Below are positions 1 to 11,748 of a DNA stretch of 64,000 bases, piece by piece. Source of the DNA: Phyllosticta citribraziliensis (lineage: Eukaryota); the NCBI RefSeq assembly GCF_038025025.1, contig NW_027117348.1, positions 1 through 64,000 on the forward strand, written 5' to 3'. The notes below the pieces were generated by a model. It did not search any database. It had not been told where the DNA came from and saw nothing but the letters and a program-made list of their open reading frames with translations. Both the position numbers and the translations under genes were made by a program. Numbering within the stretch: position 1 is the stretch's first letter; each line of letters starts with the position of its first letter.

Positions 1-96
1 TAACCCTAACCCTAACCCTAACCCTAACCCTAACCCTAACCCTAACCCTAACCCTAACCCTAACCCTAACCCTAACCCTAACCCTAACCCTAACCC
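1..96 (+). repeat. Telomeric repeat (TAACCC)16, left chromosome end
   Basis: 16 perfect TAACCC units from base 1; complement of TTAGGG. Confidence 0.99.
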
Positions 97-2080
97 CTAC
101 CCCTTTTCTTTTAGACTAAGTCTATAAGATCTAGCTATATACTTCTTTCTTAATTTTTATATATTATATAATATTAGTAAGTTTAAAATAGTCTTTAAGC
201 TAAGTCTACTCTACTATTTTATACTAAAAGGGGGGAGTAGTATTATATAATATAGTATATATAGTTTATATTTTATAGTATCTAGTATTTAGTATTTACT
301 ACTTATATATATACTAGCTATTTCTAGTTAGCTAGAAAGTAGATAGTTATTCTATATAGGCTATATAATAACTACTCTTACTTTTTATCTATTAATTATT
401 AGTAGTTTATATTAATTTACTCTACTAGGTACTATAATACTTATTAAGAGAGAGGAGTAGTATTATATACTATAATATATATAGTTTATATTTTAGAGTA
501 TTTAGTACTTAGTATTTACTATTTATATATATACTAGCTATTTTTAGCTAGCTAGAGAGTAGATAGTTATTCTATATAAATTATATAATAACTACTCTTA
601 CTCCTTATCTATTAATTATTAGTAGTCTATATTAATTTACTTTACTAGGTACTATAATAAGTACTAGATAAATAGTTACTTAAAACTAGTCTACTAATTA
701 AATAATCTATTAGCTTATAATAACTATCTTTTTATATATTTATCTACTACTAAGTAATTACTAGTAGTACTATAATAAAAGTATTACTATTTTAAGTTAG
801 TATAAAGAAAATTATATTATTTTAAGAAGCTTATCTATACTTATACTAATAGAAATATAGTAATACTATAGAAAAAGTCTCTTATTATACTTCTCTTAAA
901 ATATAGTTTACTTAAAGACTATACTATATAAGTATAATAAGATATAGAAGTAACTAGAATAGGTACTACTATTAAGAGTAAAAATAAAATAGAAGTATAA
1001 ACTTTTAAATAGCTTAACTTAGCTATTAAAATAGAAGAAGACTTTTTTAGTATTATATATACTATTATTATACTATATTACTACTATAAAGTATATATTA
1101 TATAGTATAGAGAGGATATTTATATAGTTAAATATTATTTAAATATTAGACTTAATATTAGTAAAGAACTTCTATATATCTATTTAATAATACTATATTA
1201 GAAAAATAAATTACTTATAAACTTTTTTAAGTTAGATTTATCTTTTTATAAGCTTCTAGTTATTAAGACTATCTATATATATTATTAAAATAGATATATT
1301 TAATTTTAAGGCGCCTTAAGACTTTTAGTATATAGATACTAGATCTAGATTAAATCTATATTAAAAGATTTTATAATAATCCTACTCTATAGCTATATTT
1401 CTAAATACTATTTAATTATAAGCTCTATTTTTATTTTTTTTAATCTAGAGTTAAATAGAATTTAGTACTTAAAATAAGTATTAGTAACTTATTAAAAAAG
1501 CTAAATACTATATTAAAATCTAAAATACTACTAATAATAGAACCTACTATATCTACTATTAATAAGATAGAAGAGTAGATAAGATAATATCTAGTCTAAA
1601 GCTTTAAAGCTAGAAAGTTCCTTTTTAAGTAAAAAATAGTAGAATTAATTTATAGCTACTTAAAAAAGAGGTTTAATCTAGTTACTATTATTAACTTATA
1701 CTCTAGTATAGTAGGAAACTTAACTAATAATTACCTTATAAGATTAGTACCTAGTAATTTATAAGTAAAGAGTAACTATATAAAGAGAATAAAGAGTAGT
1801 ATTAAGAAGCCTACTTATTTTATTACTACTATTTAGGCTAGCGCGCCTATAGCTCTATTATATTTCTAGAGAGTATATAAAAGAGGTCTAAGAAAATTTT
1901 AGTAACTCTAGTATATATTTACTCTATATAGATATATTTAAGCCGCATAGAAAGCGACGGTAATAAGGGTTAAAGTAGACTTAGAATTAGCCCCTATTTA
2001 GTAGGACTATTAGTAAGAAGGCTAGAAATTAAAATGAGGCAACTTAGAGCTATTTTGACTAATAATTACACACTATAATT
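97..2080. repeat. AT-rich subtelomeric relic, probably RIP-mutated repeat or transposon DNA
   Basis: Very AT-rich, strong TpA excess, almost no CpA/TpG, no ORFs; grades into GC-rich DNA at ~1940-2100. Confidence 0.85.
234..659. repeat. Tandem duplication, ~206 bp copies with 220 bp period (234-439 and 454-659)
   Basis: Both copies run GGAGTAGTATTATATA...TACTAGGTACTATAATA and differ mainly by C/T and G/A transitions. Confidence 0.9.
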
Positions 2081-2523
2081 GGCCCTTATTAGACGCACAC
2101 CGGGCTTATATCTTTAACAGCCAGTCCGCAATGCTGCTTTACTGCAGGAGCTCGAGAATCGGCGAAAGGCGGCATGATTGTGGTTCTGAGAGCAACAAGC
2201 GAACAAGAGAAGCTCGCCAGGTAGGCGCCAGACAGCATGAAAAGTGGATCCTTTTGCCAGGGTTCCAAGCCAGTTCTTAAAAAATCTCAAGCGATATCAA
2301 CAATTGCGGGCTTCGCGCTTACCAGAGGATTGTGAGTGGTGAGCGACAAGCGGGGCGGCCGTCAACCCCTGCGCGCTTAAGCGCGCTGGTCGATGGGGCC
2401 TCTCCTCCACATCAGACAGGAAAACATGCCGCTGACATGGATTGTCGCTGTTCTTGCTCATAGAAACCCTTTGCACCACTACAGTGGGCTGAGCCTTTGC
2501 CTCGTCAAACTTCCAACACCAAC

Positions 2524-3915
2524 ATGTTTGCGACCATGGCGGCGAGGGCCATATCGACGAGCGCCGGCTCTGTAACGGTGCCCATGACCACTCGTTTCAC
2601 TCCTCCCGCAGAGTGCAAGACCCACTGGACGTATGAAGACTCGTACTTCAACAGCATCTCGAACGGAATCTTGGTGCAAAACCAAGTCACGACACGGGGG
2701 ATTGGCGTCGACTCAAAATGCTTTCCCTCTGGATGGACAGGAAATGGACGCGCTTCCGACCAACAAACCCAAACTTTCAGTCCTGGAGCCTGTCCGATTA
2801 GCTACACCACGGTGACGGAACAAGTCACCCAAGGGACCACAATCGGGGTGTGCTGTTACTCGTAAGTCTCCTTCATCTCTTCAGCGATAGCGATCGTGGT
2901 TCACTGACCTCCCATCAGCGACTTCTCGTACGTTGAGACCGGAAACCTCGTCGGCTGCGTGAGCAGATTTCCATATGATTCCTCGACGATTGTCACAGGC
3001 TGGGCGCAGCTCGTCCGCCAAAGCTCCAACAACATGACCCAAGTCGCCGGCCCAATGACCATGTGGGCGCAGCCCATTACGGTCGCGTTCGAAGAGAAGG
3101 ATTTGTCGCTGTTCTCTACGACCGCGTCCTCCTCTGCGTTGTCAACCTCGACTGCCGCTGCTGCCGCCGGCGCGCCTACGACAACATTCGCGGCCGTCAC
3201 TTCGTCGCCTGCAGCATCTCCCACTGTGACAGCTCCCGAATCGACCCAAAGTTCTTCTTCTCATCAAAATTCTGGAGGCTGGTCAACCTATGCAAAGACA
3301 GTTGTCGGTGTAGTGGTATCGATGAGTTGTTTTAGCATTGCGTTAGCCGCCGTCACTATTTGGTACACGCGCAGAAAGCGGCTAGCAATACAACGCGCCG
3401 TCCAAGAACACATCGACCGCAAGCCCGTACCCCTGGACGACGGAACCTCGAGCGATGGAACCCCGAGCGACGAAACCTCGAGAAGGACGTCAGGGGAATT
3501 GGAGGGCCAAGAAATATATCAATTACCGACGGGACCGGAGCCGGCGGAGTTGTACGGCAGCAACTGGCTGGAGCGATACATACCTTCAAGAATATTGTCG
3601 ATGAAACCTAAGGATCGCTGCACAATACATCAGCTACCAGCAGAACGGGAGCCTGCGGAACTCTATGGTAGCAACTGGCTTGAACGGAACTTACCTTCAA
3701 GATTATCGTCCGCGGTGAAACCCCAGGATCGCCATACAATACACCAGCTACCATCAGAACGGGAGCCCGCGGAAATAAATGGCAGCAACTGGCTGGAGCG
3801 AAACCTACCTTCAAGAATATCGTTCGCGATGAAGCCTCAGAATCGCCATACAATGCACCAGCTGTCGTTGGAGCCACAGCGTTCGGAGCTTTATGGCAGC
3901 GACTGGCAAAAGTAG
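2524..3915 (+). CDS. Single-pass membrane/cell-surface protein (Cys-containing ectodomain, Ser/Thr stalk, TM helix, repeated cytoplasmic tail)
   Basis: Exon 1 ends ...VCCYS, GTAAGT..CAG intron 2862-2918, exon 2 in frame (DFSYVETG...); TM VVGVVVSMSCFSIALAAVTIWY followed by RRKR; FSPGACP motif. Confidence 0.8.
3514..3912 (+). repeat. Coding tandem repeat, ~111-114 bp x3.5 (HQLPxExEPAELYGSNWLERNLPSR)
   Basis: Visible in both DNA and translation. Confidence 0.95.
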
Positions 3916-6129
3916 TGTGTTCGGTTTTGGTAGTGTTACGATGATGAATCACGAGCTTTTTCCGTCTCTTTTTCTTTCGCATCTTGTCGTTCTGTGCCTC
4001 GAACTCCGCGTTGAATCGATCATTCGAAAACGCCCGAGTGCTGGTACGAAAAGCCGCGCCCACTCCGACACGGCTTCATTGCGATCATCAAGAAGCTGGG
4101 CTTTTCCAGCTGGCAGCTTGGAGGATGAGGACGAGAGGGCTGGTGGCGCTCGAGCCTGCGACTGGTGAGCATTCTGGCGACTAACGCAAAATGGAAATTC
4201 GTGGCGAAGGATCGTGCGGCCCGCTCCGGGGGGCTCACTACTTGCGACACCAACCAACGCCGCGATGGACGCGATCAGACCGGCATCGAAGAAGACCAGG
4301 AGATTTGGAGCTGTGAAGAGCTTTCGCCTTGGAGTTCCCACGATTTGGCGGCATACTGGTCAAGAACCTTTCCCCATTCCGTCAGCATCAGGCCCTGATA
4401 GACCCCAGAAATACCCGCGTTCCACCGTGATTTGTCCACATCAACCCAGCTCTTTCTACTTCAGATATGCTGCAAAACTTGTTCTTCGAAAATCCAACAT
4501 CCCATCGCGCGGCGTTTTTTCGGCGACGAGCACTGCTGAGCTCGGGATTCAAGGTGCGCGCCATCGGAGTTGCGATGAAAAGCGACAAACACATACTCCG
4601 AATTTTTGAGATATCTTGACGGCGCGCTCTCAACCGCAGGCGTCGCAGTCGTCTTCTCCGGGTCCATGCCACATCACAGAGTCGTTGGATGTTTGTAGAA
4701 GTGTCGCCGCATTGCGGCCTTCGGCTGTGCGGAGGGCAAGCACTGTCGCGAATTGTTTGGAATTGGCGACCGGAAAACCTCGAGCAGTGGCAGGCGTGAT
4801 TTCGATCCAGCCGTTGAATGAGACTTGACAAAAGATTCGAGATCGAAGAAGTGTTGTTGGTGATGTCGAGGTCTGTTTGGTGCTCGACGGCTGGCGACGC
4901 GATGCCGCTAAGCCCATTGCGGACCGTCTGCCCCCCAACCACCTCTTTTTCCCTCTACGACGCTCGAAACAACGCCCTCTTCATTGCATCTCCCGACCGA
5001 CACTCCTTCGAAATTACTCGCCCAAGCCTCATGTAGCTTCGCGCCATCGCAACATCGCAAACCTTTGTTTCTCGAGCTGCGTCCTTGACATCGGCCATGC
5101 GCACCGACGGAACTGCCGGCTTGACGGGCGACCTCGCGGTGGTCTGTGACGCGTCTTCGCGCTGGCCGCTGAGCTCGGATTTGGAGATGGGGTAGTCTCC
5201 ATCGTGAAACTTGGGTAAATTCATCTCCCTCCGAAGCAGACCTTTTACTGACGCAGAACTGCAGCCAAGAGACAATGACCTCCGACCCAGACAAACAAAC
5301 CGACCGTTTTGACGCCATCCTCTGCGGTTGCCCGAATTCCTTACTGCATCCGCCGGTCGCAATCGCCGGCGCGTAAGCAGAAGGGAAGAGAAACAACCAC
5401 GAGACAAAGGCCAAGAAGGTGGAGAGCACTCGGATGCCGGTGCGCAAGGTGCGGAAGGTGGAATACAAATCGTGATGGAAGAAGGATGCCTCAAGACTGA
5501 CGGACCAGCCCAAGCGCGCCAATACCGACGGTTGTTCTAGTCATTTCGAGCACTTGGAGCGGCGCATTTAAGGTCGCAGGCAGACGGTGTCGACGGAAGG
5601 GTTCGCAAGGCTGTACCGAGAACGAGGATTGGTCTCGTAGTTGCACTCTTCTGGATGATGCTGATGGCGACACCGTGAAACAAACGGGGCTGCGTCTAGG
5701 TGGAATACAAGCGCAGCAACACTGGAGCCTTTGTGCAACGTTGGCGTCGTCTCAAAGCTTCAGGCTGTTGTCCCCCGCGCTCTCAAATGAAGCTCAACAA
5801 GTTCTGCAAATTCATACAGTCAACATCGACATGGGCATCTTCAAAAGGAAAACTCTGCAGGCTTCCGCCTTCCAGTCCGCAAAACCAAGCTCTGGCCCGA
5901 CATTTGTTGACAAATCCAAGAGCGCGCCGGGATTCACCAAAGAAGTCTCTCAGGCCCCGGATGAGACTTTTCAAGAATTTGATTTCGAGGGTCCGTTCAC
6001 ATTCGAATGGCTACCTACAGATTTCTGCTAACATATCTGAAAGATCTTCGACTGAACGCCTCGAGTATTCCCAAGCCTAGCGACATTTCTCGCCATGTTT
6101 TTCTCCTTTCTATGATCCAAATCTCCTCC

Positions 6130-6960
6130 TTTCAGCCTCGCATTGTCCAGCACCGACAGAATAGCTTCATAGTCCCAGCACAGACAGCGCATGTATCGGC
6201 AGTCAAAATGCAATCCGAACAACTCCCGCGTCTTGGCTTCTCCGTCATCCAATATCGGTGCTCCCAACTTCTCGTTGTGGCCGATGAACCCCTGTCCAGC
6301 TTGTCATGTCGGTCTGGTATTGCGCCTCTGGATATTGATCAGTGTGCCAGACAAGATCGAAGTCCACCGTGGGGACGAGCATGGGTCTGGGGTGCCACTT
6401 GAGCAGCTTCGCAAGATTGTGGTCCCGTTGGATGGCTCGTCGAAGAGTAGCTTCGCACGCAGGGCTCTGTCATCACTGGTGTGATTCCATCTTTTTCACA
6501 AGTGAAAATTGCCGGTTGACAGCAGCCGCGATTTCGTCATCGGTCTGCTGCGTTCCGCAAGATTTGATGCGCCTATCGAGCAACACTGCAAAATAATCGC
6601 CGAAATTCAACGTCCTTGGGAGCGAGCCGCCGTCGTGGAGCACCCTTCGACTTGCCCTTCGCAGTCCTGAGTTTGTCGAGAATTTCTTGTCAGTATCGAT
6701 GGCCGCGTGCTTGCAGATGTCAGAAGTCGAGAATAAACCAAGTGGGCAAATTGCGCCGTCAGCTCACAATCTGTTTCAAATAAAATGGCCTGTTACGAAT
6801 CCTTTCGCACTCTCGCCGAGTACAAAGCTCAGAAAATGACCGAGTTCAAAAGGCTAGCTTGCCACACCATGAGGATTTTTGACCACTCATCAGCCAAGAT
6901 CCTCCTCTCCACGACAGCCGCGCGGAGATTGATCCACCAGCAACCCTCTTTGACCTCTCT
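6130..6960 (-). pseudogene. Decayed glycine-rich-domain-containing protein (GRDP)-family gene
   Basis: Manual minus-strand translation gives family motifs in the expected order: ILMVWQASLLN; AAAVNRQFSLVKKM..**QSPA..TLRRAIQR; MLVPTVDFDLVWHTDQ; FIGHNEK; YMRCLCWDYEA. Contains in-frame stops and a frameshift near 6290. Confidence 0.75.
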
Positions 6961-7310
6961 GCACTGCTTGCTCTCATCCTCTCGACCTCACCGAGGAGTA
7001 CCTGCTCAAGTTACGCCACGGCTTGCACCAGGACTCGCAGGAACACTGGCATGATTGCGGCACGTTTTGGTCCTACCCGTACCGCTTTCAAGACATCTTC
7101 CCGTGGGATTGCAGCGAGGCTTTAGGACGCCATCCAGTGCCATGATCCCGCTGCAACATTTCCAAGCACGTATGGGCCTTTCCCTTCGACTCGCGGTCCA
7201 TCATCTCTCTCCATTTTGCGCGCGACCGATGCCTTTACACAACGCACCCCCCCGATGGATCAGCCAACGCTCTCTCTGACGATGAGTGGTCGCGCAATAG
7301 GCTGCTACCG

Positions 7311-7946
7311 TTGCAGGCTGAAGACGCACTCTCAACGGCCGCTGCTGCGATGGCTGGCAACAGCGGGTTCCAAAACGCGACCAAATGGCACCACGAACAC
7401 CCGCATCCGTACACAGATCCCCTTAAGCTCGGGGGCATCCACCGCGCGCAGCTCTGGATGAAGGGTGCTAACAATCACTTCTTCGTCGCTGAGTGGGCTC
7501 AACTGCGACGCGAGGACCAGCTTGTGGCTTACCAGTTGCTGCGCAATTTCCGCATGGAGATGCTCAAAGTGGGTGCCACGCCGCAGGACACAAGAATACA
7601 GTGGCGCGGCGGCACTCGGGGAGTCGGCGTCAATGGCGTCGCTAACTCTGGAGTCGTTCTGGTTCGCGCCGTTTCTTGTGCAAGTATTGCAGCTGGTGTC
7701 GATGCTGGACTCTCGCAGTGTGCCGGCGGCGCTTGTGTGAGTGCGGGAGCCAACGGAAATTCTTTGTCATGCGCGGCTGGATTCTCTGTGGATGTAGCCT
7801 GCGGGACGGGTGGTCTCTGTGACGGTGCATCAGGAGGATGCGGTGGCAACGGAGGTGGTGACGGGTGGGCAGCGTGTGGAGGCGGCGCTGCTGGTGGTAG
7901 TAGTGATGGTGGATTGGGGGGAGGATGCGGAGGCGGAGGATGTTGA
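7311..7946 (+). CDS. Hypothetical protein or 3' exon with Gly/Cys-rich C-terminus (GGCGGGGC); 5' end unresolved
   Basis: 211-codon ORF with compositionally distinct Gly/Cys/Ala tail. Confidence 0.45.
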   Translation: MQAEDALSTAAAAMAGNSGFQNATKWHHEHPHPYTDPLKLGGIHRAQLWMKGANNHFFVAEWAQLRREDQLVAYQLLRNFRMEMLKVGATPQDTRIQWRGGTRGVGVNGVANSGVVLVRAVSCASIAAGVDAGLSQCAGGACVSAGANGNSLSCAAGFSVDVACGTGGLCDGASGGCGGNGGGDGWAACGGGAAGGSSDGGLGGGCGGGGC

Positions 7947-8561
7947 TCTCGATCCGATTCCTGTCACTCTCACATTCTGTCCCCCGATGGTGGTCAAACG
8001 GAAGGATGTGGCGCCGTGGTGTGCGAAGTGGCTGTGCCAAAAGTCAAAACATACTTCTCGGTGGACAATTTTCCGTCACTTGACAACCACCGACCTCGAC
8101 ATCTCCATCTTCCAATCGACTGTCAGAGCCAGTCTGACGACTCCAAACAAGCTGTACCGATATTCCCTGCACCGGAAGCGGAGCGGCGTCGCGAGCGAGC
8201 TGTACGCCTCGTCACGACGCAAACCTGACCCTGGTAGTCTCTTTGACGAAACAACTATAGAGACACAGCGACTCGATGCTTCGGAACTGTTTTATGCCTT
8301 CCTTCTTCCAATGCTCGTTTTTTCCACACCTCAAAGGGCTGCTGATTGCGGCTTTGCGCTGTGGCGGTCGAGTCGCTTCTCCGTTATTCCCGCGTCGGCA
8401 TTTTCTCCCCTGGAATCCAGGCATGGCTTTGTCCTCAAAAACTTCGAGTTTCTCTGTTTCACTCCCCAATACCTCAAGACTGCAAAAAGACTGATGGTAG
8501 AATTTCAGATTCATTATGATTTATAAACGTTACAACTTTTCCTTATCCTCTCAACCCAGCA

Positions 8562-9617
8562 TCAACTCAGGTAGGGGTCAAAGTACTCCTGGATCAGAGT
8601 GCTGTTCTTTCCACCATGCTCATTCAGCACAAGCTGCAGCAAGATGCGCGCCTTTTGCGGGTTGAAGTTGCCAGAAGTCAAGGTGTCGTCCGCGGGTGCG
8701 ACGTAGCCCGAACCAGTGCGACTGGCCCTCACGACTGGAATTCCCTGCTCGGTGAAAGCCTGCGCAGCGTCTGCCCAAGCATCCGGGAGCGATGCGTCAC
8801 CCGCGCAAGCAATCACAACGCCCTCCGCGCCCGAAGAGACCGAGTAGTTGAGAAGACGGACGTCCATGTCGATGTTGCCATACAAGATGTCGACCCTGGG
8901 CAGGGCGTCAACGCCGGAGACGTCGAAGAACGGCTTCTTGTACACGCGCGAAGGCTCGAAGTAAAAGACTGGGACTTCATCATTGAAAACGCCCAGGTAT
9001 CCTTGCTCGGCCGCCTTGAAGGTATCCACGGCGCGCGTGTTTGTCTTGGTGGTGTACATGGCCGAGCCGATGCGGTCGTTGAGCACAATCATGACGCCCC
9101 GGTCCGCTGCCTCCTTCGAGCCGGCCAATGCGACAGCCTCGTAGATGTTGAAAGGCCCGTCAGCGCTGAGGGCGGTGGAGGGCCTCATGGCTGCGGCCAT
9201 TGCGATGGGCAAGCTCTCATTGTAGGTGAGGTCCAGAAACATGGCCGTCTCTTCGAGGGTGTCGGTGCCGTGGGTAATGACGATTCCGTCGGCACTTCCG
9301 TTAGCCGCCACATTTGTCGCCAGCTTGGTGAGCCTCAGGAGGAGGGAAGTGTTCATGTTCTGGCTGCCAATATTTGAGAACTGGATTCCAGAGACTGAAG
9401 AGATATTCGAGAGTGCCGGGACGGCCTCGATCAAGGCGTCCACTCCCAAAGATCCCGCCTTGTATCCCGTCGTCGACGTCGAATCCGAGTTGGTGCCTGC
9501 AATCGTTCCGCCGGTTGCAATGATGCTGACGCGAGGCAGAGAGCTGTTGGATGCTGCCGTCACGCCATTGGCGAAGACGGCCGTCGAAATGGCAACGAGG
9601 GAGCTGGAAAACCGCAT
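8562..9617 (-). CDS. Secreted L-asparaginase (type II)
   Basis: Signal peptide, ATGGTIAG and THGTDTLEE catalytic motifs, LNPQKAR-like FNPQKARILL; intronless, 351 aa. Confidence 0.97.
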   Translation of the reverse strand: MRFSSSLVAISTAVFANGVTAASNSSLPRVSIIATGGTIAGTNSDSTSTTGYKAGSLGVDALIEAVPALSNISSVSGIQFSNIGSQNMNTSLLLRLTKLATNVAANGSADGIVITHGTDTLEETAMFLDLTYNESLPIAMAAAMRPSTALSADGPFNIYEAVALAGSKEAADRGVMIVLNDRIGSAMYTTKTNTRAVDTFKAAEQGYLGVFNDEVPVFYFEPSRVYKKPFFDVSGVDALPRVDILYGNIDMDVRLLNYSVSSGAEGVVIACAGDASLPDAWADAAQAFTEQGIPVVRASRTGSGYVAPADDTLTSGNFNPQKARILLQLVLNEHGGKNSTLIQEYFDPYLS

Positions 9618-11748
9618 CTTGACGACAAATTGAACGAGGCACGGCGGACAAAAACTCCTTTGCGACTTGTTTCCTGAGGCTCTTTATACCACCATCACCC
9701 CCTACGGTCCATCGTCCTCTCTGATCGAAAACGCCCCACTGACCCGTATTGCGGTTGAGCAAAGATGCTGCCGATGGAGTGTCATTACTACATGCCAATC
9801 ATCGTGGACGACGGCCAAGCCCGCTATCTGTGGGTACCACTCTTGGTGGTGGGGCGAACCGCGGACTGCAAGCGTTCCGATTCCCCTATACCAGTCTCCC
9901 CACGTGGAGGGCATCCCTTGTCCGCGACTCTTTGCCAAGGTCGGGCCCTTTGCTGAGATATGAACGAGGAAACTGGATCGCTTATCGCAACCGGCATCTT
10001 TGTCATCGGTCCGGCAAACACGCCCCGTGCACCCTCACCAAGAGGCCGAAGACGCGCACGACGGTGCAAACTTGCCCTTTCAAGAGCTCTGTTCGGGAAG
10101 CCGATCTAAGGTGGTCGGTGTCTTGGGACGCTTCTTTCTCGTCGGTGGTAGGGGCAAACACGGCTGCCCTGCATCCCTTTGGACCAAACCAACAACGCTT
10201 CAATGACTGTCCTCACGCTGAGGCTTCCTCTACGAGGTGTTCCCAACAGGCGACGAAAGGAAATTGCGTGGCTTTGACGCCCTTTTCCAAGACTCGCCGA
10301 AGTCGTTCAGCCACCCAGGCACCCACGGCGCCGGATTCAAGTTATGTAAACGTGCGTCCTTTATTTCTCGCATGACACGCTGTCATCCCTCGCGAGGAGT
10401 GCCAGAGCTGAAAGGCTCACAAAAGGACCCTTGCAATGCTTGTCCCGCAGCTGCGGTTTGTCACGAATTTCGTAAAAACAACCGCGAGCAGCGTCCGGCC
10501 TCTCGGGGCTACGTCATGGCTGGCCAGACCAAGAGCGCCTGGCCTGAAGACTTTGTCGAGATTGAGAAAAACACACAGAGCGCCGCAGCGTGATGCTCAA
10601 AGACGCGTCGCGCCCGCCTGTCGAGAAGACACCAAGGTCCAAAGACTTACCTAATTGTGGGGCCCCGCCTGAGCATCCAACTCCACACCTGATGGTCTGT
10701 GATGCATCATCCCCATGCTCGCTTGTTTGACCAGTTCTCTTGGCGGGCGACATCAGTTTGGCAGCCTACCACGACTCTTGAGAGTGCCTCTGACCGCCAG
10801 CGGATTCGTCTGATTCGGGGCTGCACCGAATTCAAGGGCCATGTAGCAGTGGTCGACCCATTTTCCGTCTACGTCGTCTGTATTCGTCCAGCGGCTTCTG
10901 CGGCCTCATATGAGAGATCAAAAAAGAGAGGTCGCCCCGGTCTCACTTGATTTCATGACCTTTGGCCTGACTAATATACGTTGACGGTCCAAAATTTCGA
11001 AGCCCTCCCTCGTACACTCGCAGCGTGGCAGAATTCCTTTATCTGTGGAGCTCAGTAAAGACTGCCTGAAGAGTTCCCGGTCCGTCACCCTGAACTTCAG
11101 GAATTCCAGTCGCGACTTCTCATATCCTCCGCTCGCTACTGTCTCCTCTCCGCAACAAAGTAAAAGAGACATGTCCGGGTGCAAGGAATCGAAAAACACG
11201 CAATACTCCACCGTGGTCCACTCCGGTCATGCGGGGCACATTTTGCTTTTGTCACTAGGCTGCTAGTCCCTTGTTCAAGAGTAAGATTCCCCGGCCTCAA
11301 CAGCATGATGGCCCACTTTGCCGGCGACTCTAAAAGGGTACCACGATTTTGATGTGTTATCGAGTAGAGATTCTGTGTCACAATGACGCTTCGAGCTTGC
11401 AGCTCAACCGAAAAGCAGGAGGTCAATCCGCGTCCACTGCGCGATTTCCCCTCGATGGCATTCAAACATGGACGAAGTACTCACAGACTGGAGGCCTCTT
11501 CTGCATGTCAAAAAACGTCGTATGAAATCTATACAATTCGCTCGCTATTCATCAGAGGCCGTAAGATCGTCAAACAAAAAACATCCAAAACTCGACAAGA
11601 TACAGGAATTTTACACCGTCGCCGTGAACTTCCTCCAACTCGCTCTACACATTGTTCTAAAAGCAAGTCAGCCATGTGAACTCGGGAAGATTTTTGTCTC
11701 CTCGGCTTACCTCCGTCGTTTTTCAAGAGGTATGTGTGGCCGCAAAGC

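Noticed and set aside
3949..5522. Several overlapping 130-200 aa ORFs
   Set aside because: No recognisable motif or coherent exon chain; may be a decayed gene but cannot be supported
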